64,000 nucleotides of DNA from Candidatus Aldehydirespiratoraceae bacterium (lineage in GTDB: Bacteria; Actinomycetota; Acidimicrobiia; Acidimicrobiales; Aldehydirespiratoraceae): NCBI GenBank assembly GCA_965198365.1, contig OZ240617.1, forward strand, positions 10,102-74,101. The letters run 5' to 3'. Below, piece by piece: positions 1 to 9,262 of the stretch. The position numbers and the translations under genes were made by a program. Numbering within the stretch: the stretch's first letter is position 1; the number at the start of each line of letters is the position of its first letter. The notes below the pieces were generated by a model. The model did no database searches. It was not told where the DNA came from and was given only the letters and a program-made list of their open reading frames with translations.

Positions 1-1842
1 GTCAACGTCAACACCAATGTGCCGAACAGCGACGCCGATACGACATCGTTCACGGTCACCGGCCTCGCCAACGGCGTCTCATACGAAGTAGCCGTAGCAG
101 CGGTCAACAGCGTCGCTCGAGGAGGCTACGCATCAGAGCAGAACGTCGTCCCGGCGACTTTCCCGACCGCGCCGAGAAACCTCACGGCTGAAACAGGCGA
201 CACCCAGGTGACCCTCGAGTGGGCCGCGCCGACGTTCGACGGCGGGGTCGCGATCGACGGCTACGAGTACCAGCAGAGGACAGGCAGCGGCGCCTACGGC
301 TCGTGGACCGACATCTCCGGCGCGGATGAGGACACGACCGAGCACACCGTGACCGGCCTCACCAACGGGACATCCTACAGCTTCAAGGTGAGAGCCAAGA
401 ACCCTGTGGGCGGCGAGGGCCCGGCCTCCAACGAGGCCACCGCGGTGCCGGTGACGGTGCCCAGCGCCCCGCAGAGCTTCACCGCGACCGCGCTCAACGC
501 CAAGGTGCGCCTGGAGTGGGCGGCGCCGGCCTCTGACGGCGGCAACCCGATAGTGGGCTACGAGTACCGCTACAGGGCCGGGAGCGGCTCGTTCACCGAG
601 TGGGCCGACGTGCCGGGAAGCAACGTCAACACCACGTCCTACACCGTGACCGGTCTCATCAACGGCACGGTCCACACCTTCGAGGTCCGGGCCAGGACCT
701 CGACCCTCAAGGGCGCAGCCGCATCGGCTGACGCGACCCCGATGGCGGTGGCGCCGGACGCGCCCCTGGTGACCGTCGAGTCCCGGAACACAGCCCTGCG
801 CGTCACCTGGAACGTCGCCGACAACGGCGGCAGCGACATCTTCCGGTACCAGGTGCAGTGGAAGTCGGGTGCGCAGAGCTTCGCCAACACCCGCCAGCAG
901 GACTTCATAACCGACCGCCACACGACGATCACCGGGCTCACCAACGACACGGAATACGACGTGCGGGTGCGGGCCAGGAACACCATCGGCTGGAGCGACT
1001 GGTCCACGGTCAAGTCGGGAACGCCTCGGCCGAAACCGGCGCCGACCGTCGCCGTCACCGCCGACGTGACCGAACCGGTGACCGGGCCCTTCAGGGTGAC
1101 CTTCACGTTCACCGACACCAACCTCGCCGGCGACGAGTTCTACGACGTGGTGGGCTTCGAGGCCGACGAGATCATCGCCTGGTACACCAGCCGAGGCCAT
1201 GCCAGCTACGAGTTCCTAATCACGGACTTCCGCGAGGAAACACCCGGCCGCGTTTACAGCGCGTTGGTCGACAAGATAATCGACGGCAAGCTGTGGATCG
1301 AGGTCGAAGCGGACTCGGCGCAGTCCAGCCATGACGGCCAGGGCAACACGCTCGCCTACGAGACCTGGCAGGTCGACGCGCCCGACCCCGAGCCCGCCGA
1401 AGAAGGATCCGCCATCTGGAGCGATACCCTCACCGTCGGCGGCCAGTACCCCGACGGCTACGGCCTCGACGGCTACGACACCGGCACCTTGGGCTATTTC
1501 AAAGGCTGGTCCCCCGCCTCTACCAACGACGTCGCCTACGGAGCCCTGACCGACAACAGCTTCAGCTTCGCCGGATCCCGCGAGGTGCTGGAACTGAGCT
1601 ACACCCCGGGCTGGCGTGTTGTGCGGCTGCGGCTGTGCCCAAGGCCGATGTTCGCGCCCCGCACCTTCGAGCTCCGACTGGGCGACGACAAGTGGCTGGT
1701 CTTCCACGGCCCGAATATGAGACAATGGGACTTCGGCCGCATCAGCGACGGAGTCCGCCAGCAGTGCCGCGAATACAACTGGGGGCCGGTGATCCTCAAC
1801 TGGCAGTACGGCCAACAGATCACCGTGCGCATCACCCGCTAG
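1..1842 (+). CDS. Fibronectin type III repeat surface protein (5' end outside window)
   Basis: Repeated FN3 signatures (PTAPRNLTA..VTLEW..P..GG..I..YEY; TVTGLTNGTSYSFKVRA), about four copies; frame open from the window edge. Confidence 0.85.
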   Translation, partial: VNVNTNVPNSDADTTSFTVTGLANGVSYEVAVAAVNSVARGGYASEQNVVPATFPTAPRNLTAETGDTQVTLEWAAPTFDGGVAIDGYEYQQRTGSGAYGSWTDISGADEDTTEHTVTGLTNGTSYSFKVRAKNPVGGEGPASNEATAVPVTVPSAPQSFTATALNAKVRLEWAAPASDGGNPIVGYEYRYRAGSGSFTEWADVPGSNVNTTSYTVTGLINGTVHTFEVRARTSTLKGAAASADATPMAVAPDAPLVTVESRNTALRVTWNVADNGGSDIFRYQVQWKSGAQSFANTRQQDFITDRHTTITGLTNDTEYDVRVRARNTIGWSDWSTVKSGTPRPKPAPTVAVTADVTEPVTGPFRVTFTFTDTNLAGDEFYDVVGFEADEIIAWYTSRGHASYEFLITDFREETPGRVYSALVDKIIDGKLWIEVEADSAQSSHDGQGNTLAYETWQVDAPDPEPAEEGSAIWSDTLTVGGQYPDGYGLDGYDTGTLGYFKGWSPASTNDVAYGALTDNSFSFAGSREVLELSYTPGWRVVRLRLCPRPMFAPRTFELRLGDDKWLVFHGPNMRQWDFGRISDGVRQQCREYNWGPVILNWQYGQQITVRITR

Positions 1843-2047
1843 CCGAGTTCTCAGGTTTGCAGACCACATTCCAGGTTGCTGACCGGAATCAGGCTCATCA
1901 CACACCCACAGCGCCCCGGCCCACTACCGGGTCCCCCCCAACCCATTCGCCGCGTGGGTTGACCTACTCGTCAAGGGCTAGAGTTGAACCCGCTACGGCA
2001 TCCCGACGTTTTGAACGATAAGTCCCCAATTCGGGTAGAATGACGGC

Positions 2048-3034
2048 ATGGACACCGCTTGCGCTTCCTCCCCCGAGCGGACTTCTTCTGGGAGGACCGC
2101 TTGGAACCTCCTCGTCGAGGCCAGGTGGCCGGATGGGGTGGAATGCCCGAGGTGCGGGACCGGTGACCCGGTGTTTCGGTCGGGGCGCTCAGCGTGGAGG
2201 TGTCATTGTTGCCGCTACGACTTCACGGTCACAACCAGAACGGCCATGCACAGGTCGAGAGTCGATGTCGCCAAGTGGGTGCAAGCGGCCTGGCTCTCTG
2301 ATTTCCGCCCTGCGGTGCTGGCACGCGAACTCGATGTGTCCGCTCCTGCCGCCCGGCGCATCGCCGCTGCATTGGAGATGACAAGACAGCCACCCGGAGA
2401 GGGCCGCTTGAAGGCGCTGATGCATCAGCCCAACGATCCCGCAGAGGCAATTCGGAGCCGCCTGCCCTGCACGTTCGACCCCGATGCCGGCCATGTCGTT
2501 GGCCTGAGCAGAGGCCAGCGGGCTGTGATGGGAATCCTGAGGAGCAGGATCAGGGGCACAACGCTCAGCCAAGTGGCCACCGAAGCCCTCCTGTCCGAAG
2601 ACCACGCGCGGCGATGCTTGAACGCCCTTGCCGAAAAGGGCTTCGCACGGCGAGAACACGGCAGCGTGCCCTGGGGCTACGGTTCGCGCAAGACCGTCCT
2701 GTGGTCGCTCGAGCTCAGCGAAGAGTGCGTGACGGCGTTGGCCTACCTGCCGCCGCGGCCCCGACAGGAGAACGACACCTGCGGTGAGCGGGTGCCGCCT
2801 GAGTTCTGGAGCCTGTTCTGGAACGGGGCGAGCGCCAAGGACCTGAGGCTCCCCGACAACGCCTTCTTCGTGGCCACCACCCTGCTGGACGGCCCTGACC
2901 CGGTGGCGCGCACTTGGGCGCTGAGATGCCTCCCCCTCGACGCTCTGCGAAGATGCCGGGACATGCGCGGCTATGACACGGGAGAGATCGCAGCCAGCAT
3001 CGACAAGGCCATCGCCCGGCGCGCCGATGGCTGA
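2048..3034 (+). CDS. Fusion of IS1595-type Zn-ribbon/HTH + winged HTH + DUF6922-like domain; putative antitoxin/regulator
   Basis: RWPDGVECPRC..WRCHCCRYDFTVTTRTAMHRSRVDVAKW..LARELDVS matches the IS1595 transposase N-terminus; no DDE domain; central wHTH; C-terminal VPPEFWSLFW..DL..FFVATTLL resembles DUF6922; overlaps the AbiEii gene. Confidence 0.65.
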   Translation: MDTACASSPERTSSGRTAWNLLVEARWPDGVECPRCGTGDPVFRSGRSAWRCHCCRYDFTVTTRTAMHRSRVDVAKWVQAAWLSDFRPAVLARELDVSAPAARRIAAALEMTRQPPGEGRLKALMHQPNDPAEAIRSRLPCTFDPDAGHVVGLSRGQRAVMGILRSRIRGTTLSQVATEALLSEDHARRCLNALAEKGFARREHGSVPWGYGSRKTVLWSLELSEECVTALAYLPPRPRQENDTCGERVPPEFWSLFWNGASAKDLRLPDNAFFVATTLLDGPDPVARTWALRCLPLDALRRCRDMRGYDTGEIAASIDKAIARRADG

Positions 3035-3839
3035 GATCGACGCATGGACCGATGTGCTCTCAGCTGAGATGCGCTCAGTGTGGCCCATCCTGTCGAGGGT
3101 CACCGATCCGCTCGAAGGCTGCCTGATGGGCGGCACCGCGCTGACGATCCATCTGCGCCACCGTGTGTCCTTCGACCTCGACTACATGACGGCCGACGGC
3201 TTCTCCGGCGACGACCTCGCCAGGAAGTTCGAGAAGGCCGCTGGCAGTGTCGACATCTACGAAAGCGGCGCCGACCAACTGCACGCCAGAGTCGACGCCG
3301 TGCAAGTACAGGTGTTCAAGGCCCCACACCGGGGGGCCAACCCCGGCCACGTCAAAACCCTCGCCCAGCCCACTCAGATAGACGGGTTGCCCGTCGCCTC
3401 CCTGGCAGACCTGCTCGCCTCCAAACTCGACGTGGTCATGTACCGGCCGAAACTACGGGACTACATCGACTTGGTGGCCATAGACAGGGCCGGGCCCTAC
3501 ACCCTCGAAGACGGGCTGCGGTTCCACATGCACCGCTACGGCATCACCCCCGCATCCACTGACGCCTCCCACATAATCAGCCTGCTCGAAAGCCCTGGAG
3601 ACCTCGACCACGATCCCCACTTCGCAGATCGCAAAGACGAAGTTCTCCAATACCTCGCAGATCGCGCACCCGACCTCGAACAGTTCTTACACCAGATGCG
3701 AGTGGACCACCGCGGCCCGACCAACCCGGAGCCTCCCGACAGGAGAAGCCCCGCGGGCCTCAAATCAGACTTCGACGAGACCCTCGGGTTCCTGTCGGCA
3801 GGGGACCCCGGCTCGCTCAGACGACCCTTCGATGAGTAA
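3027..3839 (+). CDS. AbiEii/AbiGii-family nucleotidyltransferase toxin
   Basis: LMGGTALTIHLRHRVSFDLDY, LASKL and RDYIDL motifs; ATG at 3027 overlaps the upstream stop by 8 nt. Confidence 0.85.
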   Translation: MAEIDAWTDVLSAEMRSVWPILSRVTDPLEGCLMGGTALTIHLRHRVSFDLDYMTADGFSGDDLARKFEKAAGSVDIYESGADQLHARVDAVQVQVFKAPHRGANPGHVKTLAQPTQIDGLPVASLADLLASKLDVVMYRPKLRDYIDLVAIDRAGPYTLEDGLRFHMHRYGITPASTDASHIISLLESPGDLDHDPHFADRKDEVLQYLADRAPDLEQFLHQMRVDHRGPTNPEPPDRRSPAGLKSDFDETLGFLSAGDPGSLRRPFDE

Positions 3840-3877
3840 GACCGGGGTGGACCGTCCTGCTTCGTCTTGACTGGTCG

Positions 3878-3938
3878 ACAATCCCGCGAACAGTAAAGCA
3901 ACAATATCGCGATTGAAATGGCCACAATATCGCGATTG
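3878..3938. repeat. Three 23-bp-period direct repeats (ACAATATCGCGATTG core) upstream of the AAA/DUF4143 gene
   Basis: acaatcccgcgaacag at 3878; exact acaatatcgcgattg at 3901 and 3924. Confidence 0.75.
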
Positions 3939-3968
3939 GAGGACCTATGATGGGTCCTGGGAGGTCGC

Positions 3969-5249
3969 TTGGTGGCTGATCGGCTAACACCATCCGGGTA
4001 TATGCCAAGGGTGGCAGATCGTGAGGTGGAGAGCGCCTTGCGCGCCTCGCCGGCGGTCGTTGTCGAGGGGCCGCGGGCGTGCGGCAAGACATGGACTGGT
4101 CGGAATCATTCCCGCAGCGAAGTGCCCTTTGACGCCGTCTTCGAGAACCGGCTGGCCGCGCAGGTTTCCCCGATGGAAGTCCTTGAGGGGTCCGTGCCGC
4201 GCCTGTTGGACGAGTGGCAGCTCGCTCCCGGCGTGTGGGATGCCATGCGGCGGGCTTGCGATGATCGGGGGCAGAAGGGCCAGTTCATCTTGACCGGGTC
4301 GGCCGATCCTCCTGACGATGCCACCCGCCACACTGGCACCGGCCGGATCATCCGGGTGCGGATGCGCCCGATGAGTTTGTTTGAGAGCGGGGAATCGAGC
4401 GGGGAGGTCTCCCTGCGCGGCTTGCTCGCCTCGCAGCGCAGTTCTGCCCCGCCCTCCGCTCTCGGCCTCCCCGACATCGTGGACTTGGCCTGCCGGGGCG
4501 GTTGGCCTGGCATGTTGGGCGACTCACCCGCAGTGGCGCAGAGACAGCTTCGCGCCTATCTCGACGAGACCAGCCGGACCGACGTCTCCCGGGTCGACGG
4601 CACTGCCCGCGATCCGGTGGGAGTGCGCCGTTTGCTGGCCTCTTTGGGCCGGAACACCTCTACAGAGGCGACGCTCAAGACACTCGGCCAGGATGTGGCC
4701 GGGGGCGGCGAGACCCTGCATCCCCGAACCGTCAAGAGCTACCTGGACGCACTGAGTCGCTTGTTCGTGGTGGAGGAGTTAGCGGTGTGGAGGCCGCATC
4801 TGCGGTCTCGAGCCCAGCTTCGCCGCACCCCCAAGCGCTACTTCACCGACCCGGCGCTGGCCGTGGCCGCGCTGCGGGCCAACGCCGACCAGCTGATGGG
4901 GGACCTGAGCTATTTCGGCCTCCTGTTCGAGTCGATGGTGCTGCGCGATCTGCGCGTCTATACCCAAGCCAATGACTGGGACGTTTCGTACTATCGGGAC
5001 AGCTCCGGACTTGAGATAGACGTGATTCTCACAAGCTTGGACGACCGGGAGTGGGCTGCGGCCGAGGTGAAGCTCGGCGGAACCGAGTTGATCGAAGAGG
5101 GCGTAGCGTCGCTACGACGGTTGCGCGACCGGGTTGACACCGCACAGATGGGCGAGCCGCGCAAACTCATGGTCATCACTGCGGGCGGCCGCGGCTTCGA
5201 GTACCCGGAAGGAATCTCAGTCGTCCCCATCACCGCCCTGGGACCGTGA
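3969..5249 (+). CDS. AAA_14 ATPase with DUF4143 domain
   Basis: GPRACGKT Walker A, LLDEWQ, FILTGS, PKRYFTDP, FESMV, YYRDSSGLEID..AAEVK; start may be ATG 4002. Confidence 0.9.
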   Translation: MVADRLTPSGYMPRVADREVESALRASPAVVVEGPRACGKTWTGRNHSRSEVPFDAVFENRLAAQVSPMEVLEGSVPRLLDEWQLAPGVWDAMRRACDDRGQKGQFILTGSADPPDDATRHTGTGRIIRVRMRPMSLFESGESSGEVSLRGLLASQRSSAPPSALGLPDIVDLACRGGWPGMLGDSPAVAQRQLRAYLDETSRTDVSRVDGTARDPVGVRRLLASLGRNTSTEATLKTLGQDVAGGGETLHPRTVKSYLDALSRLFVVEELAVWRPHLRSRAQLRRTPKRYFTDPALAVAALRANADQLMGDLSYFGLLFESMVLRDLRVYTQANDWDVSYYRDSSGLEIDVILTSLDDREWAAAEVKLGGTELIEEGVASLRRLRDRVDTAQMGEPRKLMVITAGGRGFEYPEGISVVPITALGP

Positions 5250-5260
5250 TCAGAGGCCGC

Positions 5261-5608
5261 TCAGGGCCAGTGGACGCCGGGATACGGGTTCGGGTTGGCG
5301 ACGGACCATTCGTGCAGGTGGCGTGCCAGGGCGGGACCCAACGCCGAGCCGCGAAGGTGCTGGCGCTTCTGGACGAAGACGACGGGCACGCACGGCGCGC
5401 CCGCGGCTAGACGGTCTTTCGTAATGGTGGCGAAGTCCGCAAAGTTCTCTGTCACGATGACGTAATCCTGCTCGACGGCGGTCTCGTAGAGGGCGTCGTC
5501 ATCGCTGCCGGCAAGCCCAGCCTCGGCGACACTGAACGCCTCATGTCCGAGCGCGGCCAGCCCCGCCGCGGTGGCAGGCGGCAGCATCTCGTCGATCAGC
5601 CACCTCAA
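5261..5608 (-). CDS. DUF5615/VapC45-like PIN-domain toxin
   Basis: MRWLIDEMLP..GHEA..SDD..VIVTENFADF pattern; overlaps the upstream antitoxin by 4 nt. Confidence 0.85.
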   Translation of the reverse strand: MRWLIDEMLPPATAAGLAALGHEAFSVAEAGLAGSDDDALYETAVEQDYVIVTENFADFATITKDRLAAGAPCVPVVFVQKRQHLRGSALGPALARHLHEWSVANPNPYPGVHWP

Positions 5609-6027
5609 GACGACAGCAACTGCTCGCGCCGACGAATCTGGCGGCGGACCTCCTCGGCAGCACGCTCATCCGCTCGGATCAACTCATCGATCTCCTCAGG
5701 GAACGACGCATAGAAATCCGCCGCCAACAGCACCGACTCTGCGGTAAGGCCAGTCTCGGCGACAAGGTTCTCGACGCGATCCATCCCCCGACCCGGCGCG
5801 GACGCGAGATCTCGCACCACCTCCCACACGTCCGGGCCGCCCACAACCGCAGCGCGTCGGCCCCCCACTCCGCCGCGGTAGACGACACCGGCAAAGCGGC
5901 GCGTCTTCAGACCCTCGTCGAGCAGGGAGGAAACCAGTTGCGTGATCGAGGCGCCGACATCGCGACTCTCGGCCTCGATGCGCTCCAGTAGTTCCTCAGG
6001 AAGACGGAACGATGTAGGTCGTGGCAC
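5605..6027 (-). CDS. RHH + DUF433-like antitoxin
   Basis: TSFRLPEELLERI ribbon-helix-helix; GRRAAVVGGPDVWEVV..FYASFPEEID. Confidence 0.8.
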   Translation of the reverse strand: MPRPTSFRLPEELLERIEAESRDVGASITQLVSSLLDEGLKTRRFAGVVYRGGVGGRRAAVVGGPDVWEVVRDLASAPGRGMDRVENLVAETGLTAESVLLAADFYASFPEEIDELIRADERAAEEVRRQIRRREQLLSS

Positions 6028-6100
6028 AGTACACCTCGTAGCTTGCTCGCGCTACAGAGTACTACACCACGGAAGAAACACAACCGAAGCCGACCGTGAG

Positions 6101-7018
6101 CTAGGGGAAGTGGAGTTTGAGGCCGGGGCGGGGCCAGTCGATTTCGACTAGTTGACCGGTGCCGGACAACGTGCAGAAGGCACGCGGCTCGTCGTCGACA
6201 AAACAAATGTTGGTTACCAGCACATCCGGCAGCGCAACGTGTTCGACAGTTGAACCATCGGGAGAGATCGCGGTGATCCCACCGTTGCCGATCGTGGCGA
6301 CACAGACCCACCCCTCGCCGTCAACCGCCAACGAATCAAACAACTGGGCTCCCGGCGCGCCATGAAGCAGTTCGCCTCCTGTCGAACCCAACAAGTCCGT
6401 CGTGTCGACCATCCCCGGTGCGGTCACATCCCAAACCCGAACCCGACCCGTGTGGGTCTCCGCGGCATAGAGCCGGGAACCGTCGGGCGACAACCCGATG
6501 CCGTTGGGGGCGTCGAGTGGATGAACTCGCTCAACACACGAGGAACCGTCGATCGTGGCGTAGTGCAAACCCGTTCGGTCGCTCGTGCGCTCGAACCGAA
6601 CCCCGTGATCCGTGAACCAGAAGCCCCCGAACTCGTCGAAGACCAGGTCGTTGGGCGCACGAAGCGGGCCGCTGCTGCTCTCGGTGTAGACGGTCTCGAC
6701 CTCGCCCGTGACAGGATCGACTCGCTGGATCGACCCGCCAGACCAATTGGTCGGCACTTCTCCTGGGATCAGCAGGCCCATGACTTCTTTGAACTGAAAG
6801 CAGCCACCGTTGTTGCAGACGTAGATCTTGCCGTCAGGGCCGTAGGCCGCTCCGTTGGGCCCACCACCACAATCCGCCACGACCGTCACCTCGCCATCGG
6901 GGGTGACCCGGCTCAAAGTGCCGCGGGCGATCTCGACGAGCAACACGCTTCCGTCAGCTTCCGCAATAGGCCCCTCCGGAAACTGCAGTCCGGTGGCAAC
7001 AATCCGAGGTTCGCTCAT
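6101..7018 (-). CDS. SMP-30/gluconolactonase/LRE family protein
   Basis: GLQFPEGP, GGPNG, PNDLVFD..WFTD, PNGIGLSPDG, DSLAVD, TNICF. Confidence 0.9.
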   Translation of the reverse strand: MSEPRIVATGLQFPEGPIAEADGSVLLVEIARGTLSRVTPDGEVTVVADCGGGPNGAAYGPDGKIYVCNNGGCFQFKEVMGLLIPGEVPTNWSGGSIQRVDPVTGEVETVYTESSSGPLRAPNDLVFDEFGGFWFTDHGVRFERTSDRTGLHYATIDGSSCVERVHPLDAPNGIGLSPDGSRLYAAETHTGRVRVWDVTAPGMVDTTDLLGSTGGELLHGAPGAQLFDSLAVDGEGWVCVATIGNGGITAISPDGSTVEHVALPDVLVTNICFVDDEPRAFCTLSGTGQLVEIDWPRPGLKLHFP

Positions 7019-7186
7019 TGCCGGACAGTAACCCCACCACCATTTCGCTCGCACATCGCCTCGTCACATTCTCGAATGGATGCTCGGGTCGTCAACAACA
7101 TAAAGGGGGGTCTGCATTTAACTCGCGGCGGCCGAAACTGTGGTGTGCGTGACTTCAAGATGTCCGAACGGTAGCGTGATTAGAAG

Positions 7187-8032
7187 ATGCCCGAGCTTCC
7201 AAGCTTTGAACGGCCGCCTGTCAAGGAGGTCGTGATCGCAGCGCGCTTCAAGCGCGCTAACCGCTACTCAATCCTGGCCCTCGGCGAAATAGCGCAGCAG
7301 ATGGAAGCTGCCGGCTTCTCAAAAATTGAGGAACAACCCAGCTATGAAGCGCCGGTCGAAGAGTTCGGCCCGACCAACGAACAAAGCGGCATGTCTTTAA
7401 GGCTCCTCCCGGGTCCGGCCCCGATTCGCTACTGGTTCTCAAACGACGACGGAGACGAACTTCTCCAAGTTCAGCCCAACTGGTTCGCAGCGAACTGGAA
7501 GAAAACCGCTCCTTCGGCGGAGTACAAGCGTTGGAGGCCCCGCTGGAACGATTTCCAACGTTGGTTGACGGTCGTATCCGCGGCCATTTCCGAGGGAGAA
7601 TTGGACTTCGACCAAGTGGAGGTGACTTACATCAACCACATTGAACCGGACGGTGTCTGGACTCACCACGGTGAGGCCGCCAAAGTGTTCAAGTCTCTCG
7701 CACTCGCTCAAGGTGAGTTCCTTGGGGCCCCCGAGCAATGCACTGCGAACTTGCAATATCTGATTGGCGCGGACACAGGCGAAGAAAACGCTTCAGGGCG
7801 ACTGCATGTCTCGATTAGTCCTGGGTTCAGTCGACCAGACGGCACTCCCCTCTTCGTAATGAATTTGACCGCGCGTGGAGGTCCGACCGGCAGCGGTATC
7901 GAGGGAATACAGGGTTTCGCGGAGGTGGCACACGAGTGGATCGTTCGCGGATTTACGGATCTGACAAGTGACGCGATGCACGATGCGTGGAAGAGAATAC
8001 GACAACGGGAAAGGAATCCATTAGATGAGTGA
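7187..8032 (+). CDS. TIGR04255-like protein
   Basis: LPSFERPPVKEVVI..F, RYWF..LLQVQ..FAANW, YINHI, AHEWIVRGFTDLT..MHDAW match my recollection of this family. Confidence 0.75.
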   Translation: MPELPSFERPPVKEVVIAARFKRANRYSILALGEIAQQMEAAGFSKIEEQPSYEAPVEEFGPTNEQSGMSLRLLPGPAPIRYWFSNDDGDELLQVQPNWFAANWKKTAPSAEYKRWRPRWNDFQRWLTVVSAAISEGELDFDQVEVTYINHIEPDGVWTHHGEAAKVFKSLALAQGEFLGAPEQCTANLQYLIGADTGEENASGRLHVSISPGFSRPDGTPLFVMNLTARGGPTGSGIEGIQGFAEVAHEWIVRGFTDLTSDAMHDAWKRIRQRERNPLDE

Positions 8033-8552
8033 TGTAATCGACCGGCACCGAACAACGATGAGCGATTCGGATGTGATCCATCGAGCCCTACCAGCTCAGC
8101 ATTCGTGTGGCCGGATGTCTGACGACGATTGGGTCGCCGGATCTAAGTCGATTCTCACCGATTTCTGGGAACCTACGTATGAATGGCCTCCCCAGCTGTT
8201 TACGAGCCCGAAGATGTCTGCGTTACGGCAGCTCGAACATCAATTACTGTCGGTCACCGACAACTGGGATGGATACCACGCAAAGGCACCAAACACCGAA
8301 GCGATCGCGACCACCTTGACGGTTCTGAACTCGATGCCTCCGGGTATACCTTTCCCAGATGTTTACCCAAGCACTGACGGCGGCGTAATCCTTGAGTGGG
8401 AGTCATCAGACGCCGAGGTCCTCCTAGTCGTCGAGTCCAAAAACAAGATAGAGACGACGGTAGACCTTGAGGGGTCTCGATTCGAGGGTCCGATAGAGTC
8501 GGTGATGTCGGATCTGGTTGCAGCGCTACAGAGAATCTCTTCAAGCGCTTGA
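8025..8552 (+). CDS. Hypothetical protein with NWDGY..P..P..DGGV.LEW motif; putative antitoxin
   Basis: Overlaps the upstream gene by 8 nt; motif DNWDGYHAKAP..PDVYPSTDGGVILEW. Confidence 0.6.
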   Translation: MSDVIDRHRTTMSDSDVIHRALPAQHSCGRMSDDDWVAGSKSILTDFWEPTYEWPPQLFTSPKMSALRQLEHQLLSVTDNWDGYHAKAPNTEAIATTLTVLNSMPPGIPFPDVYPSTDGGVILEWESSDAEVLLVVESKNKIETTVDLEGSRFEGPIESVMSDLVAALQRISSSA

Positions 8553-8564
8553 GCAGTACTGATT

Positions 8565-9008
8565 GTGCCGCCCGATCCCTCGTCTGTCTACGACGACGAC
8601 CCGACAATCGGCGATGACGAACTCCTATACCGGATGGTCAACCGGGGGAACACAAAATATGATCACGGCATCGCTATACGCGGCGGTACAAACGCGTTTC
8701 AAGACATTCCTCCTGACAAATTGGAACGTGTCGGAGCACCCGCTGTAGCCGTCTCGGTTTATCTCGAATCGGAACTGAGGTCCTACGGCTTGTCCGCCGA
8801 TTACCTCGTTCAAAGCTGGGGCGAACAATACGGCGTTGTCTCGATTCGCGCTCGCGACGTACGCAACGAGAATCAGGGAATCGTGCGCTGGCCGAAGCCT
8901 GATCAACCGGGCCACGCAATGATCTTTTCTTGTTCCGGTCCCAAAAAAAACGGTGGTCAGAGTAAGCGCCTCGCCAGGGCATCCGATGTAGTCATCGCAC
9001 CAGGTTAG
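8565..9008 (+). CDS. Putative ADP-ribosyltransferase-fold toxin
   Basis: DDELLYR..AF..VSVY..GVVSI..VR..P..PGHA.I arrangement resembles small ART-like toxins; start codon is GTG. Confidence 0.5.
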   Translation: MPPDPSSVYDDDPTIGDDELLYRMVNRGNTKYDHGIAIRGGTNAFQDIPPDKLERVGAPAVAVSVYLESELRSYGLSADYLVQSWGEQYGVVSIRARDVRNENQGIVRWPKPDQPGHAMIFSCSGPKKNGGQSKRLARASDVVIAPG

Positions 9009-9070
9009 AACTGCCCAGACGCGCACCACTCGGGTCCCCGTCAGGGGCCAGACCGTGCCCGGTCTGCCAC

Positions 9071-9243
9071 ATTGATGCGATCTTTATCGGACCCGCAGAC
9101 CCGTCGATCACTCTCGGCTTGCCGCCCGGCAACAAGGACGGCGAGCAAGCGGTCGATGATGCTCTCAGTTTCATCCTCGGACGCTGCGCAGCCCACAACA
9201 TCATCGCCGGTATCCAATCGACCGGTGCATTGACCTTCCGTGG
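9071..9243 (+). pseudogene. HpcH/HpaI aldolase fragment
   Basis: Translates IDAIFIGPADPSITLGLPPGNKDGEQAVDDALSFILGRCAAHNIIAGIQ (D.hhhGP.DLS motif); no start or N-terminal part. Confidence 0.7.
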
Positions 9244-9262
9244 GATAGACCTATCACCAGCT

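Noticed and set aside
2048-2400. Active IS1595 element
   Set aside because: No DDE catalytic domain and no terminal inverted repeats seen; treated as a fused domain.
6028-6070. Operator for the RHH/PIN TA pair
   Set aside because: Only a short imperfect gtagc/gctac symmetry; too weak to call.
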